NCBI GenBank assembly: GCA_951406725.2
Contig: OX597824.1
Location: forward strand, 34,224,001-34,288,000
Reading direction: 5' to 3'
DNA from: Octopus vulgaris
Taxonomy: Eukaryota
DNA length: 64,000 nucleotides
Positions 12,691 through 26,829 of this stretch are shown here, piece by piece; within the stretch, counting starts at the first letter, position 1, and each line of letters opens with the position of its first letter. The notes under the pieces were generated by a model that saw only the letters and a list, made by a program, of their open reading frames with translations, made no database searches and was not told the origin of the DNA. The position numbers were made by a program, and so were the translations under genes.

Positions 12691-15503
12691 AAAGTATATT
12701 GCGACAGTTACAGAATATAGAAAGTAATGTAACACCAATGACTATATTAAGACCTTTTTTATTTATTGCAAGACAGTCAGAATTTTTAGGAGATAAAATT
12801 ACTTGTTTTTCCATTTCTTCTGGCGTGCAGTTGTTGAAAATTTATGGGTACAAATGTTCTAATTGAAATGCAAAAGAACAAAATAATAAATGGATTTATG
12901 AATGAAAGTTTGGTAATTGTGTTTATTTCCACCTCAACACTTATTATTGCAAACATGTTTTAACTAACCTGTACTATATACACACACACATACACATGAA
13001 TACATTCATATATTTATATTTATTCGCAAGTAATATTCCCTAAAAATTAATATATATATATATATATATATATGTGTGTCTTGAGTTCTTGAGTTGTAGC
13101 TGTAATTTAAAGGGGCCAGCCTTATCGTATTCTGTGTGAGGCTGAATCTCCCTGAGAACTACATTGTTATGCATGTCTGTGGAGTACTCAGCCATTTGTG
13201 AGTTAATTTTATCCTTGTGTGGTAATGAAAAGTGAAATTGACAGCCAATATTTGCTGTGTCTGTGTATGAACTGTCTCTCACTTTCTCTCTTTCTCTTTC
13301 ACTTCCTTTGTGTCCCTCTTCTCTCCCGCTTTTCATTTAACAATGTGTATATGTATCTACTTGCGATGTGATAAACATTTAAAAACACAAAATGAACACC
13401 ATCACCATTCACTGTCTCTTTCTCTCTGAACTTCCTGTCTGAAACATTTAAAAATACAAAATGAATGCCATCACCACTCACTGTCTCTTTCACTCTTGCT
13501 CTTTCTCTCTCACTCTTACGTACTATCTGAAACATTTAAAAACAAAACGAATTCTGTCATCACTCACTGTCTCTCACACTCTCTCACTTTGCCATTTCCA
13601 AGAATTGTGACGTAAAAAACAAGTACATACAAAAACAAAAAGTTAACGTATTAATATTATCGATGATGATGATGATGGTTCAGGGGGAGGGGGACAAGTC
13701 AAATACATTAGCCCCAGTACTCAACTGGTACTTATTTTATTGATTCAGAAAGGATGAAAGGCAAAGTCGGCCACAGCATAATTTGAACTCAGAACATGAA
13801 GATGAATGAAATGCCACTAAGATTATATAATAACAGTGGCGGTTTGTGTATAGGCACTGCAGAACTGCAGCACTCCCTATTTCCACTTGATATTATCGAT
13901 AACATTCAATATAACGAGACCTTTTTTCTTGAATTCTTTCTTTATACTTGTACATTATATCATCCTTAGGCTTAATATCAGTAGCCATCCTCTAGTTTAT
14001 GAAAAAAATACAAAAATCCTTCTTTAGAACTATGCGCTTCACAGTTCCAGCGACACAGTGTTTGGCTGTTGTGTGCATGCTCACATGTCCATGATAGGAA
14101 GCTGCATTCTAGGGAGAGAGAGCATCATTGTTCACACAGTGCTGACTCTAGTTGACTCCGTGTGCTTAAAAACATGTTTATATTCTTGAATGTGATAAAG
14201 TGTAGAATTAGATTATTATCCTGCTTCCAGTTACAATGTTGCTGCCAGGATTTGAAAAATAGGGCAGATTTTCTTCCATTATTTTGTAATTTAGGAGGGA
14301 TTTTTGAAAAACAAGGGGGAATTGATGGTGGTATTCAGTGAACAAATTAAACACACTACCTGGTAGTGGCTAAAACACGAACCAATCAAGTTTATGTATA
14401 AATTTAATTTTTATGTTTGTTTCCTTCTACACAATATTAAAACGATGGCTGCAAATTTTCTGAAGCAACACTCCCATTAATTTTTTTTTATCTATGAGCC
14501 ACCACTGTATAAAAATAATCCTGTGCAGGTGGCATGCTGTTAAGTGGTTGGCATTAGGAAAAACATCCAACTGTAGAAACCATGTCACAACAGACAGTTG
14601 GAGTCTAGACAGCTCCCCAGCAGGCCAGCTCCATGTCAACTGTCCAACCCATGCCAACATGGAAAGTGAATTTTAAACCATGAATAATAATAATACAAGA
14701 CAGTTAGTCCCATAGATGCCCTGATGCAATACCAGGTAGTGGCTTCTGATCTCAGCTTATTGGAAGTGTTAATATGTACATGCTTTGTCTTGGTGTAAAA
14801 CTGTAAAACATGGGTTACAGCAAATATTCAGCTCAATACCACAGATTTGCTTGTCAGTTGATTGACCGTAACCAGTTGAGCATGTCTTTTAGTGGCTAAC
14901 AATATGTGCATCTCTGATCATGAGCAGGAGTTGTTGAGGACCATCATAGCCATGTGTTGAGAGGGATTCTTTGTGATTTGAATAATGGGTATCTCATTCA
15001 TCCTTAAACAACCCTTATCCAAGGACCTTTTAAGCATGATGGGTTACTCAACTGAGCCCTACCCGCAAAGTTATGCATTATTTATCTTGATATAAGGTTA
15101 CCAATGTTATGCACACCAGCCATAGATGATGCATGTGTCTGGTGTCCCCTTTTCAGACGGATAGTCATGATGGCTATATTGGGCGTCATATATTTGAGCC
15201 TCAGTATGACTTTGAGGGTGTGTGCTGCTCTCTCATCAATAACAATGATGATGAAGCATTGCACTGTTGTTTCCAGCTGTTTGATAGTAGTTATAGTAAG
15301 ATCATATCTTGTTTGTTCAACAGTATAAAATGTTAACTTTTCATGAAGTATGGCTCAGTGATACATTTCTGTAAACTGCCAAGTGTATGTGTGTGTTTGT
15401 GTCTTATGTTGATAAATATTTTTACTTTTTAACAAAAATAATAATTCTGTAATATATAATGTATTTAGTTGAGCTTAATGAGAATTTACTTTAAATACTT
15501 TAA

Positions 15504-15698
<195 letters not shown>

Positions 15699-16023
15699 TG
15701 ATTTTTCCATCACATTAATTTTTATATTTTGTATTATGTTCCAATGTGACTCTGCCAGTGTTGGTACCATGTAAAAAGCACCAGTACTGGTGTTATGTAA
15801 AAAGTACCAGTGTTGATACCATATAAGAAAAGCACCTGTACTAGTGCACATAAAAAGCACAATACTTGAATTGTAAACAAAGATAGAAAGTGTTTTTCCC
15901 CCAAACACAAATGTCAATGAATGCACTACATTCTTCTAATTCACATGGGAAAATGCATTACCTTTACATTTTAATCTATTTTCAGCCATATATATACATA
16001 CACACACACACACATAAACTTGT

Positions 16024-16383
16024 TACCAGTTCAAATAAGTTTCAGGCATGTTCAAACCTGTAGGAAAATCATTTACTGTTTTTTCATTGAAAAAATTTCT
16101 TGTAGACAAATAAGTGTAAACACACCAAGTCTTATCTGTATTTTATGGTCAGCTCACTGATTATTGTAACCAATCACGGTACATTGACTGGAATATAATA
16201 AAATATACCAGTTCATAGTGCCTCCCTTTCCCTAATTGCCCGAAATGCATGCATCCATTAATCTAGGTAGGGGGTGCTTTGGACTGACATGGGGTGTTTA
16301 CACTTAATCTGTAGTGAGAATTTATCCCCTTCACCATGAATGGCTTTCATTGGGTTTATGTTTCGAGCATATTTGAACTGGTA
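16024..16383. mobile_element. TA-target fold-back MITE
   Basis: TA-CCAGTTCAAATA ... TATTTGAACTGG-TA, plus an internal inverted pair TAAGTGTAAACAC / GTGTTTACACTTA. Confidence 0.65.
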
Positions 16384-16428
16384 CCATATTTATATTTGTA
16401 CTTATCACCTCTTAATACTTCTAATCCG

Positions 16429-16617
16429 TATTATATATATATTAGAAGAAATAAGGTGCTCAGAAATCTGGATGGTTTTATAGTCTTCTGAAGACTCCAC
16501 TAGAGTGGATGCAAGCGCTAATATATGATTTATAAAAGCATGTGATATATTAATAAATATCTGTAAATATAAAACCATCCAGATTTCTGAGTACCTTATT
16601 TCTTCTAATATATAATA
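16429..16617. repeat. Fold-back with ~47-50-bp near-perfect arms
   Basis: TATATTAGAAGAAATAAGGTGCTCAGAAATCTGGATGGTTTTATA ... TATAAAACCATCCAGATTTCTGAGTACCTTATTTCTTCTAATATA. Confidence 0.9.
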
Positions 16618-18965
16618 CCTGTACATCATCTCCAAACCTACCTTTCTCCCAGTATGCTTTCATGATTAATCTGCAACAAGATTATTCATCTTTCTATTTT
16701 ACCAAACACACACATATATATATATATATATATCTGCACACAAACTGTAAAGTAGTTGGTATTAGGAAGGTTATCCAGCTGTAGAAACCATGCCAAAACA
16801 ATGGAGCCTGATGCAGTTCCCAGCCTCATCATCTCCTATCGAACCCATGCTAGCATGGAGAACAGACATTAAATGATTGTGTGTGTGTACATGGTTCTGT
16901 TGCTGTTCAGCTCTAAGATGGCTTTGATGAAGTAGTCCTATGGCGAAGGTTTTCAACAGTAATAGTCCTGTCATTTTCTTGATCAAGGACTGCTTAGTCA
17001 AATGTGCCCTCTTATTTTTTAAGGTTATTTGGTGGATATTCTATATGTCTTACAGTATGGTGGACCTGGTATGTTTAACAGAGCCACCAACACCAAATGC
17101 ATTGTTCCATGTGAAATGAACATTTCTCCCCCTCCCTCTATCAGTTTTTATATTTAATTCTTAATTAATGGATATTATCTCCCCTTCTCTGTCATAATCA
17201 CAAATCACCATGACATTTTTTCCCTCCTTTATCCACTTAAGAGACAAACACTTGAATTAATTTAATTATATTGTGTAAATATATTCAGTACATGAAGCTT
17301 TATCATCATTTGCCTGACACTTTCCTACTTGTAAAAACTTTCCCCAGTCAATACAGGCTTGAAAAGACTACTACTAGAACTCCTCATATCTGTCACATTC
17401 TCTACTATCAAAGATCAGATTTCCTTTCAAATAGTACTATTCAACAAGCAAATTAGTTAAAGTGAATAGCGAGTACCATTCAGTTTTCTGTAAAACATTA
17501 AAATACCCTTTTACCTTTTTTCTGTCTTTGACAGTCACTAACAAAAGGCTTGAAGTTATTTTTCCTTCACCAACTAAGTGGCATATTTCAATTCTGTGTT
17601 TGCACATGCCATTTAACACATTACCACCAACCTGAATAATATGCCATATTAGTTTCTGTATTTCATATATTCTTTCTCTGTCTTTATAAACCTTACCACG
17701 CTTTACAGTTGACATGTTTATATATAACTTTACAGTATGACTAATAATAGTAAATTTGATATCATCACCATGACTATTTTAACGTCCACTTTTCCATGTT
17801 TACATGGATCAGATGGAATTTGTTGAAGCAGATTTTTTTAGAGCTGGATGCCCTTCTTGTTATTAAATGCTTGTTTCCAAGTAAGTTAATATTTCCCAAT
17901 GACCAGACATGTTTCTGCATAATAGAAGAAATGAATGACACTACTTTTATGACAGTGATACTTTCTTATGACTATCACATGATGTCAAGACAAGAAGACA
18001 CACACACATTAGGCTACATACAGTTTCTGTCTGCCAAATCAGCTTACAAAGCTTTGGGTCAGCCCAGATCTATAGCTGAAGACACTTGCCCAAGGAGTTT
18101 TGATGATTTAGTCAACATCACTTTAACTGCTGAAGGATGAAAGGTGTTAAGTACAAAGAGGTTTGAACTCAGTAGCAACAATAATGGAACACATGATGTT
18201 GGTGGTTGCAGTACCAGTAGTGTACATACTGCTTCAAAAATCCCATACATCTCCCCTATTTCAGTAAACAAACCTATAATATTTTAGCACAAAACCAGCA
18301 ATTTCAGGGGAGGAAGTAAATCAATTACATCAACCCCAGTGCTCAGCTGGTACTTATTTTATTGACTCGGAAAGGATGAAAGGCAAAGTCAACCACTGCT
18401 GCATTTGAACTCCGAACATAAAGATGGGTGAAGTGCTGCTAAGCGTTTTGCCTGGCATGCTAGCAGTTCTGCCAGCTTGCCACCTTTACAAACCTATAAC
18501 ATACTGACAATCTTTAAGAACCCTTAATTACTTACATAGCCTGTTGTGTAAGTGTCTCAGATTTTTTTCTCTCTCCAAAGAAAGTCAAGTGTCCAAAATG
18601 ATTAGATATTTTCCTCCTTCCTGTATTGCACTGATTTAATATACATTACAGCAAATTCATCATTATCATTTAATGTCCATTTTCCATGCTGGCATGGATT
18701 GGAGAGTTTGACGGGCTACAATAAGCTGTCTGCTATGGCTGGATGTCCTTCCTAATGCCAACCTCTTTACAATGTGTACACAGGTGTGATTTTTCATGAC
18801 ACCAGCACCATTCAGGTCACCAAATAATTTGCAAGACATTTATGAAAATTTTATAAGTTTTTTTTTTTTTTTTTGTTAATTGTTTCTGTTGAGCTTTTTT
18901 CTCTTTATTCTTCTAACTGTGAGAGAATAAATTATGTATGGATTTCAATTTCAATTTTTCCCCAG

Positions 18966-19076
18966 ATTTTAAAACCCTCTGAAAAGAAAGCAAAATATCA
19001 ATACAGTGGTTTGAATTCTGGTCGACCAAACACTCCTCCTCGAGGCACCATAAAGCAACAACAGAAGAAGAAATGA
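18966..19076 (+). CDS. PPP1CB: PP1beta last coding exon
   Basis: ttccccag|ATT TTA AAA ... AAA TGA; [36 protein letters not shown]; beta-type C-terminal tail with the TPPR CDK inhibitory site. Confidence 0.96.
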   Translation: MLKPSEKKAKYQYSGLNSGRPNTPPRGTIKQQQKKK

Positions 19077-22000
19077 CAAATATCCTAAAAATCAATCAGT
19101 TGTAGATTAATTCCCGTAAATGGGCTGATTACTGATAGCTAGACTGTATATTATGGGATTCAAGTAAAATATATTTTTTTTAATGAACTTTCCATTTGAA
19201 AGGTTTACAGTTTTACCTGCAACTTAATTTTCATATTAAATGAAAGGAAGAGAGAAATATAAAAATTATCGCAACCAAGAAAATAATTTTAAGGGAGCTA
19301 GCTATTTGTAAAATGAAGAATATAGCCTTTTTAAGACAAAAAAAAGTAAACAGTAAATATATACAGAGCAAATAAAAAAAAAAGATATTTTTTTATTTCA
19401 TTTCATTTTGTATGTGTGTGTGTGTGTGTTATTTATCTTCCCACCTAGATTTAAAAGATGTGACTTTTATACCCAATACTTCACTATGTCATTGATTTAT
19501 AGAACTGTCCTCTTAATCCAGCAATTTATATTGCAATGAGTAATGGCATTATTATGTATTATTGTTGATATACCATTTAGTGTATAACATTTTAAGATGA
19601 AGTGAATCTGTCGAAAATAATTCTCTTTTAGTTAACTTGTGTGTGTGTGTGTGTGCGAATGTGTATATAAAAAGATGTTCATTTACCTATTGCCAGTTAG
19701 GAATGCTTTCTCATTAATTTTGATGCCATATTTTTAAAGATAGTAAAGTCCAAAACGATTCAGCGATTATATTTATATGGTGCTTCAAATAATATTATTA
19801 TTACTCCATATCTCTACCTACCAACTACAACTGCTGTGCCTCTCTGTAAGTGTATGTTTACACTAGTGTGGCAGTACACTGCTGTCACAAGCCTGGTCAA
19901 TTTGGTAAAGCATAAACAAATTTAATTTCTTTCTCCTACATTACTTCATATTTCAATTTTATAGTTTTATACATTTTGTACAGAATGCATTAAAATTTGC
20001 AATAATTTACATTTAATTATCTGATGGGGTTTTTTCTCCTTTTTTTCTTACCTTTTATTTTGTCTTTTTTGTTCATTGCATCATATTTCATGTTGTGAAT
20101 TTGTTTCTAAATGCTAGAATTGATTTTCATGATTGTTAGATTTTAAGTTCCATACATTGACGATCTTTTAATTAATTGTTTTATCTTTGGGGTATTTTAA
20201 AAGTCATATTAAATTTTAGATTTTAATTGATACATTTTTTTTATAATCCTAAATGCTAGTTTTAATTTTTTCAATAAACCATTCAATTTATTACGATTTC
20301 TTAAAGGCTGTCTACAATCAAAATTAACTTTTTAAAATTGCTGTTGAATCCAATCACTAGCAATATTGATTATTTTAAAGTCTTGTGATGTTAACTCTCT
20401 TAGATACCTTATAGTTAACAACATGAAATTTTGTAATGTTCACAATTTAATTTTCTTAAAAAAGAAAACATTTATACAAACAACTTTTCTATGCAAATTT
20501 AATACAATTATTCATTTTATAATTCTACTTGATTTGTTCATTTAAATTATTTCTAATTAGCATTATATTAGTAATTGTAATATTAAAAAACATTCAATTT
20601 GAATTTTCAAAAGTTAATCATCAGTATTACAATGTTTAACCAAATTTCTGAAGTAGAACAATGGTTGTGAGGTAAAAATCCTGAACTGCTGACCCTACGT
20701 CCCTGTTACAACCCATAGTGCTGTGTCTCAAGGCAATACATATTACCTCGTTTTTCTCAGTCTGCCTAACTCTAGCTACCCACAACTCCTACTTCATGGT
20801 TGTATTACATACAGCAACTGGCTCTAAAACCCCTCTCTCTAATAATTTATGGAGCATGAAATCTACAAATAGGGAATTACGAAACTGATTGCCACGAAAG
20901 AATATCTGAACCAATTATATTTTTATTGTGTGTATTGTGATTATGTATGAAAAACACTGACTTTGTGAATGCACATTTCATATATGTGAGACTTGGTTTT
21001 TTTTTCTGTTTTGGGGGGGTTTTTTGCTTTTTTTTTTTATTTTGTAAAACTTTTATAACTGGTGGCCATTTGTAATAATGCTATGTAATGTTAAAAAAGA
21101 TTTGAAAATGTACATAAGCACATCTTCAAAACCGATGTTCTGAAGAAAATTACCATCTCTTAAATGATTTAAATATGTTTTACTGGATCATTTCCAATCC
21201 CTATATTACAGTCTAATAGGATAGTTTATGTCTAAAACCTCTACTTTTGCATTTTGATATTTGATTTCATAAAAATATTCAAACGAGCTTCTTGAAACTT
21301 TGCCTGGAAAATTGCTTACATTCAAAATTGTGCAATTAGGTTTTTTATTTACAGATAATAAACAAAACATATTTTCTCGTTGCCAGAAAATGTGTGCTAA
21401 TGTACTTCAATGCAAAGATGTTCAATCATCTAGAAATGCTTCTCTTTCTCACCTTTCTTCCAAAGACAATGAAATAGAAAATAAATAAAAAAATATTTGA
21501 AGGTCAGAATTTTCAAGGGTTTTGAAATTAGTAATTGCATGTTTTCTGTTTGCAATTCATTTCTTAATTCTACCAAATTATTGAAGTTAATTTGTTTATA
21601 AACGATTGCACTGTCTCCTCTTAACTTTGCTTCAATTTTTTTTAACCACCAAGTGATTGTTCTTGGTGGTGGTGGTCATGCTAATTTCAGAGAAACTCTT
21701 GTAGCAGATTTACTTGAGTAGCTTCTGATGCTTCGTTTTTTTTTTTTTTGTTTTCAGAACTATAGAGCTTGAACACAATATTGCAAACTAACTACACACA
21801 TTTTTCTATGCTCCTACTGTTAACACCTATTTGCAGCTTTGATTAGTGGGCCAGTGAAAATTAACTCTTTTTGCCTTTGGTCACAGTACAGTATTAGTAA
21901 TGTAGCTGTTATGTTGAAATAAGGTTTTTATATACCATCTAAAGCAATAGTTCTCAACCATTTTCTATTTATGGACCCCCATCCCTTTGATTACTATTTT

Positions 22001-23990
22001 ATTCTTGTGGACCCTCATAGGCTTTCAGTGTTTAAAAACTAGTTTTAAAGATAATTCTTTCAAAATTCTCATTTTATTTTTCACACATTCACTTACATAA
22101 GTTTGCAATAGCACTAAGAGAACCTGTTTTAGTGGCTGGAAACATTTTGAACTATGTAGAATGTTATAGAAATCAACCTAGTTGTTTCTTACAATAAATA
22201 CATCTAAAGCAAAATTTTTTTCATGGACCCTTAAAATATTACTGTAGATCCCTTGCATGAACCCTGGTTGAGTACCACTGATCTAAATTTGTCAATATCT
22301 TATATTATTTTCCCTCCTCTAAATAGTTAATATTTTTCTTTCTTTGTACTATATATCAAGTTGTTATTTTTAATAAACAGTATTTTTGAATATTTGTTTG
22401 TGTGTGTGAATGTGTATATGTCCGCTTTGAAGTATGCACCCTAATTTTTTTTTCCTTTCCCTAGAAATTTTACTACAAGCTTGTAATTATGTTTTAGTGT
22501 ATAGAGAAACAGTTGGGTAATGGTAAAATTTTAACATTAATTACTTTTGTCTGATAACTATTAGACAATAGATCTCAGTATATTTCGACGCTGTAAACCA
22601 TTTTAATTTATTCTCTCTTAAAGTGCACCAAAATAAACAATGTGAACAAGCAGTAAAGACTGACATTGAATTTATTCATAACTTTTATGTAAAAAAAAAA
22701 AAACATTGCAAAACATTTTGATTAGCTATTCTTCATCTTAAATGATAAAGATCTGAACATAAATTTATAATTTTCATCAGTTAATTAGCATTTATGCTAA
22801 TTCTATCATTATAAAAACACTTAAAAAGCAAAGTGTAGTTAATCTAATAAAAATTACTACTAGATTATCCAGCTGAACTGAAATTCATTAAAATTTAGCG
22901 AATTTGACACGTGTTTGATGCCATAATAAGACTAAGTTCTCCATAAACAGAGCCTGCCTTGTAGTTTCAATTTCCAATCTGAACTGCTACACACATCAAT
23001 AATGGTTTTAAGAAAGGCAGGAATATGACAGCTTGCCATTTTTTCTCATTGATTCTGAGTTTTCGTGCTTACATAAGAAACCTTTACTACTTCACACAAT
23101 AACAAAGCTGTGTAATGGGACCTAAAGCAGCACCAACCTGATCTTCCTGCTCCCTCCAGTCTCACTTTCGAAATATAGAATTACATTTGTGAAATGCTTT
23201 AACTGATGCAGTGTTTTACTCAGTAATATCATTAATAATTTATTTGATGAAGTAAAATTTCTTTGTGAATTGTTTCGAATTGAAGAAGTTGATAGTTAAA
23301 AAATACAAAGTTGCATTATTTTAAAAGAATTAGAGATTTCCTTTTTATAGATGTGAATTGTAAATATTTTTTCAGACCTGATGAGATGCCATTCAAGGCC
23401 AAGTGCATATTTCTTATTCTCTAATATTACAACTTCAGATCCTCACCAAATTGTTTCATATGGTTCAAAAACTACAAATAAAGTCTTTCAATATTTCAAG
23501 TGTCTTAAAAAGCAGCTAATAGGCATTCTTTATTCTTTTTAATTGAAGCTAAAACTGAATGTCCTATTGTTTATTGATGTTAGTTACTCTTAAGCAGCCA
23601 TTGTATGGCAGTTGTGTTGTTAATAATTGTTACCCACAATAATTGCTGTATTTTATTTCTGTATCTTTTGGAAGCAATTTCTTTTACTGTTTTATTGCTT
23701 TGGTTGAAACACTTCATTTTAAAGAAGGTATATTTTGAACATGGCTTTCCTGCATGTATTAAGAATTTAGTGCAAGGTGTGTATGAAGTTAAACTCCTTA
23801 GTCTAATGCAGATTATATTATTAGTATCCATCAACACTACTTAAACATGGCTGTGTACACATGAGCTGATGATTGTAAAATTATACTTGGAACAATCTTT
23901 TTTTTTTTTTTTAACAAATTTTCTTTATCATTTGTAGAATGCTTTCATAGCATTCAAATTGTGTAAATAAAATTAAAGGTATATCAAATG
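19077..23990 (+). other. Probable long PP1beta 3' UTR
   Basis: About 4.9 kb of AT/U-rich unique sequence nearly free of the SINEs and LINEs that fill the flanks. AATAAA at 23966-23971 is followed by ATTAAA and a GT/T-rich tract, and SINEs resume at ~24410. Earlier AATAAA sites (19371, 20273) are also possible ends. Confidence 0.55.
21945..22280. mobile_element. hAT (Charlie/Buster-like) MITE in the putative 3' UTR
   Basis: TIRs CAATAGTTCTCAACCA / TGGTTGAGTACCACTG; 8-bp TSD ATCTAAAG / ATCTAAAT. Confidence 0.78.
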
Positions 23991-24924
23991 TTCATTTGTT
24001 TTTGGCAATTCCACCTGAATATTGCATTAATTTATAACAATGTTCTTTTCCATATACTGCAACATCCTTTTAAAAACTGCCATGCCTTCTTGCTTTTTCC
24101 TTTCATTATCTCAAGTACAAGTTAAAATTTTGGGGGAATTTTATTGAAGTCAAAATATTTTCCCTCTTAAAACAATTTGATATTTTCTAAAATAAAATTC
24201 TATCCTTGACAAAGTATCTTACTGTACTTTACAACAACTTTGACTCTAAAATTTATACCATTCACATTTATGGTGTTAAATGCTGAAAATCCATTTATCT
24301 GTAAATGTGTATATCTCTTGTTATATTTCCTTAAATTTGATTAAGGGAATTTTTGGTGTAATTAGTTGTACATATTAAGAAATCTCCCGGAAAGTTTAAC
24401 GCTAACATGACTTCACCCCAAAAGGATGAAAGGCAAAGTCAACTGGTGGAAAAAGTCAGATGAAATGCCATCAGCATTTTGCCTGGCATACTAACGATTC
24501 TACCACTTCACCACCTTGAAATACCTGCTTAATAACGGTTTCAAATTGTGGCACAAGGTCAACAGTTTGGGGGAAAGAGCTAAAGCGATTATATTAACCC
24601 CCAGTGTTCAAGCCCTGAAGGATGAAAGGCAAAGTTGACCATGGCAGAATTTGAACTCAGAACATAGACAGACAAATGCCACTAAGCATTTTGAAACATT
24701 TTGTCTGGCATGCTAACGATTCTGCCAACTTGCTGCCTTGAAACACCCACTTAATTAAAAATTTTTGTCAAAATTAAACTAAAGTAGTGTAATCCAACAG
24801 AAATATCATATGAAAAGCATTGAAAGGAATTCAAACCACATAATGCTTTAATTTTTTTAAATAAAAACCTTCATCAAAGTAGCTTTGGTAAACCTTTGAT
24901 GACTGTTTTATTCTTTACTCTCTC

Positions 24925-25285
24925 TCTTTTACTTGTTTCAGTTATTTGACTGTGGCCATGCTGGAGCAGCGCTTTTAGTCGAATAAATCACCCCCAAGAC
25001 TTATTCTTTGTAAGCCTAGTACTTATTCTATCAGTCTCTTTTTGCCGAACTGCTAAGTTACGGGGACATAAACACACCCGCATCGGTTGTCAAGCAATGT
25101 TGAAGGGACAAACATATACACACACACATATACAACAGGCTTCTTTCAGTTTCTGTCTATCAAATCCACTCACAAAGCTTTGGTCAGCACGAGGCTATAG
25201 TAGAAGACACTTGCCACGCAGTGGGACTGAACCCGGAACCATGGGGTTGGTAAGCAAGCTACTTACCACACAACCACTCCTGTGC
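24925..25285 (-). mobile_element. SINE family A, near full length
   Basis: Reverse complement of 32260-32659. Confidence 0.85.
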
Positions 25286-26663
25286 CTTTTGTGTGTAAAA
25301 ATGATTTTTTTTTTTTTTTTTTGTCCTAAGCCAGCCAAAATTGAGCAAATCTTTGATAAAGGGTATTCCAGTTACAACCATTTAGTCTTCAGACACTGCA
25401 TTGTTCCATTTCTTTTTCAAAATGTAATATGAAGTAGATTTGGTTGCAATTTCTAGCAGGTGGGCAACTGTGTTGAGGCTTGTTGAAGTTATTTGTTCCC
25501 TAAACTTATCTTCTGCAACTTTTTTGTTTTAACAAGTTGAAAAGAATGGACAATGAGAGACAAAACAACATAATTAAGACATCCCTATATGTAATGACAG
25601 TGATAACCAACTAGAAATAAATAGGTATTTGTTTTGTCCAAAAATATTTACTTAAAAATATCGTTTCACATGGATTGCATTGTGCTCCACTCTCTGTTTT
25701 GGCATGGTTTTTATGGCTGGATGCCTTTCCTAAGACAAACCATTTTACACCATGTACTGGTTGCTTTGTTTTTTGTGTACCAGCACTAGTAAGGCTGCTA
25801 TTTAGCTTGTAAGACTATGAACTGAGGGGCTATCTTTATGCTAGGAGATGTGGGGTAAAAGTATGACAGGGCCCAAATTGAATTTCTTAATCACGTGCCT
25901 ATGAAAGTGCATTCTTGTGTGTATATGTGATGAGGATGATGATAGTTGTCCTCATGACCAAAGAAGACTATCACTGACCATTGTCCATGCAAAATGCGAG
26001 CAATGCCCATGCATGAGGTTATTATTGCACCTGCAGTCAGCTTCACTCTGGTTTGCATTCCATGCACACTGCAGTACCCTCCTACTCAATCAGGCATCAG
26101 ATAGTTGCCTTGCTGGTGGTTTCACAACTCTAGGTCCAATAAAGTTTGCACAGACCCTGTTCACCCTACTGACATGATCCAGAGACAAGCCTTGGCAAAA
26201 TATGCAGTGCCAGTATGGGAGATCTTGAATGCAAGCAAAAGATTCTCAAAATGTTCAATGCCATTCCCTGCATATATGTCAAAAGGACAGATGAACCTTG
26301 TGTAGGTTCAACGACCATCTAGCAATAGCATAGACCTGCAGAAGTTCCAGGTTTGTGTCCATTGTGCTGGAAGACCACAGATCAAGGCACCCTTTAGCTT
26401 TTGTTAAAGCATGTCTCTAGGGAAAAAGTCATTGTTTTATATATATCATTAATATTTAGCAGAAGTAACAGAGTGACTCAAGGTTTGAATGTTTCGTGTG
26501 TTAAGTGCCAATGCACAAAACTCAGAAGTTGAGTTACTCTGTTACTTCTGCTTAATATTAATAAAAATATACATGTACTCACATTTTGAGTTCTAATTTT
26601 CTTGTTAGCACCAACATACTTGTACGTATGTATGTGTGTATGTATATATATATATATATATAT

Positions 26664-26820
26664 AGGCACGTGTGGTAAGAAGCTTGCTTCCTAACCACAT
26701 GCTTCCAGGTTAAATCCCACTGCGTGGCACTTGGGCATGTGTTTTCTACTACAGCCTTGGGCCAACCGAAGCCTTGTGAGTGGATTTGGTCGATGAAAAC
26801 TGAAAGAAGCCCGTTGTATA
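26664..26820 (+). mobile_element. SINE family A, 5' half (3' half at ~28145-28370)
   Basis: tRNA-like head and CORE-like CTTGGGCA...CTTGTGAGTGGATTTGGT; continues after a ~1.3-kb insertion. Confidence 0.8.
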
Positions 26821-26829
26821 TATATATAA

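Larger units (their letters stand above)
12183..13663 (-). mobile_element. Possible Helitron-like element hosting nested inserts and a ~70-90-bp tandem repeat (13370-13580)
   Basis: ACTAGC plus a weak hairpin at the left end and TTAATATTATCGAT at the right end, like 9865-10238; three GAAACATTTAAAAAYACAAAATGAA...CACTGTCTCT units. Confidence 0.4.

Noticed and set aside
13370-13580. Repeat-spacer-like pattern (GAAACATTTAAAAA.. units)
   Set aside because: Degenerate tandem units with related spacers in eukaryotic DNA and no cas genes; not CRISPR.
15745-15860. Short repeats GTAAAAAGCACCAGT
   Set aside because: The same unit occurs as internal repeats of the RTE-tail elements (GGTGCTTTTTAC); not an independent array.
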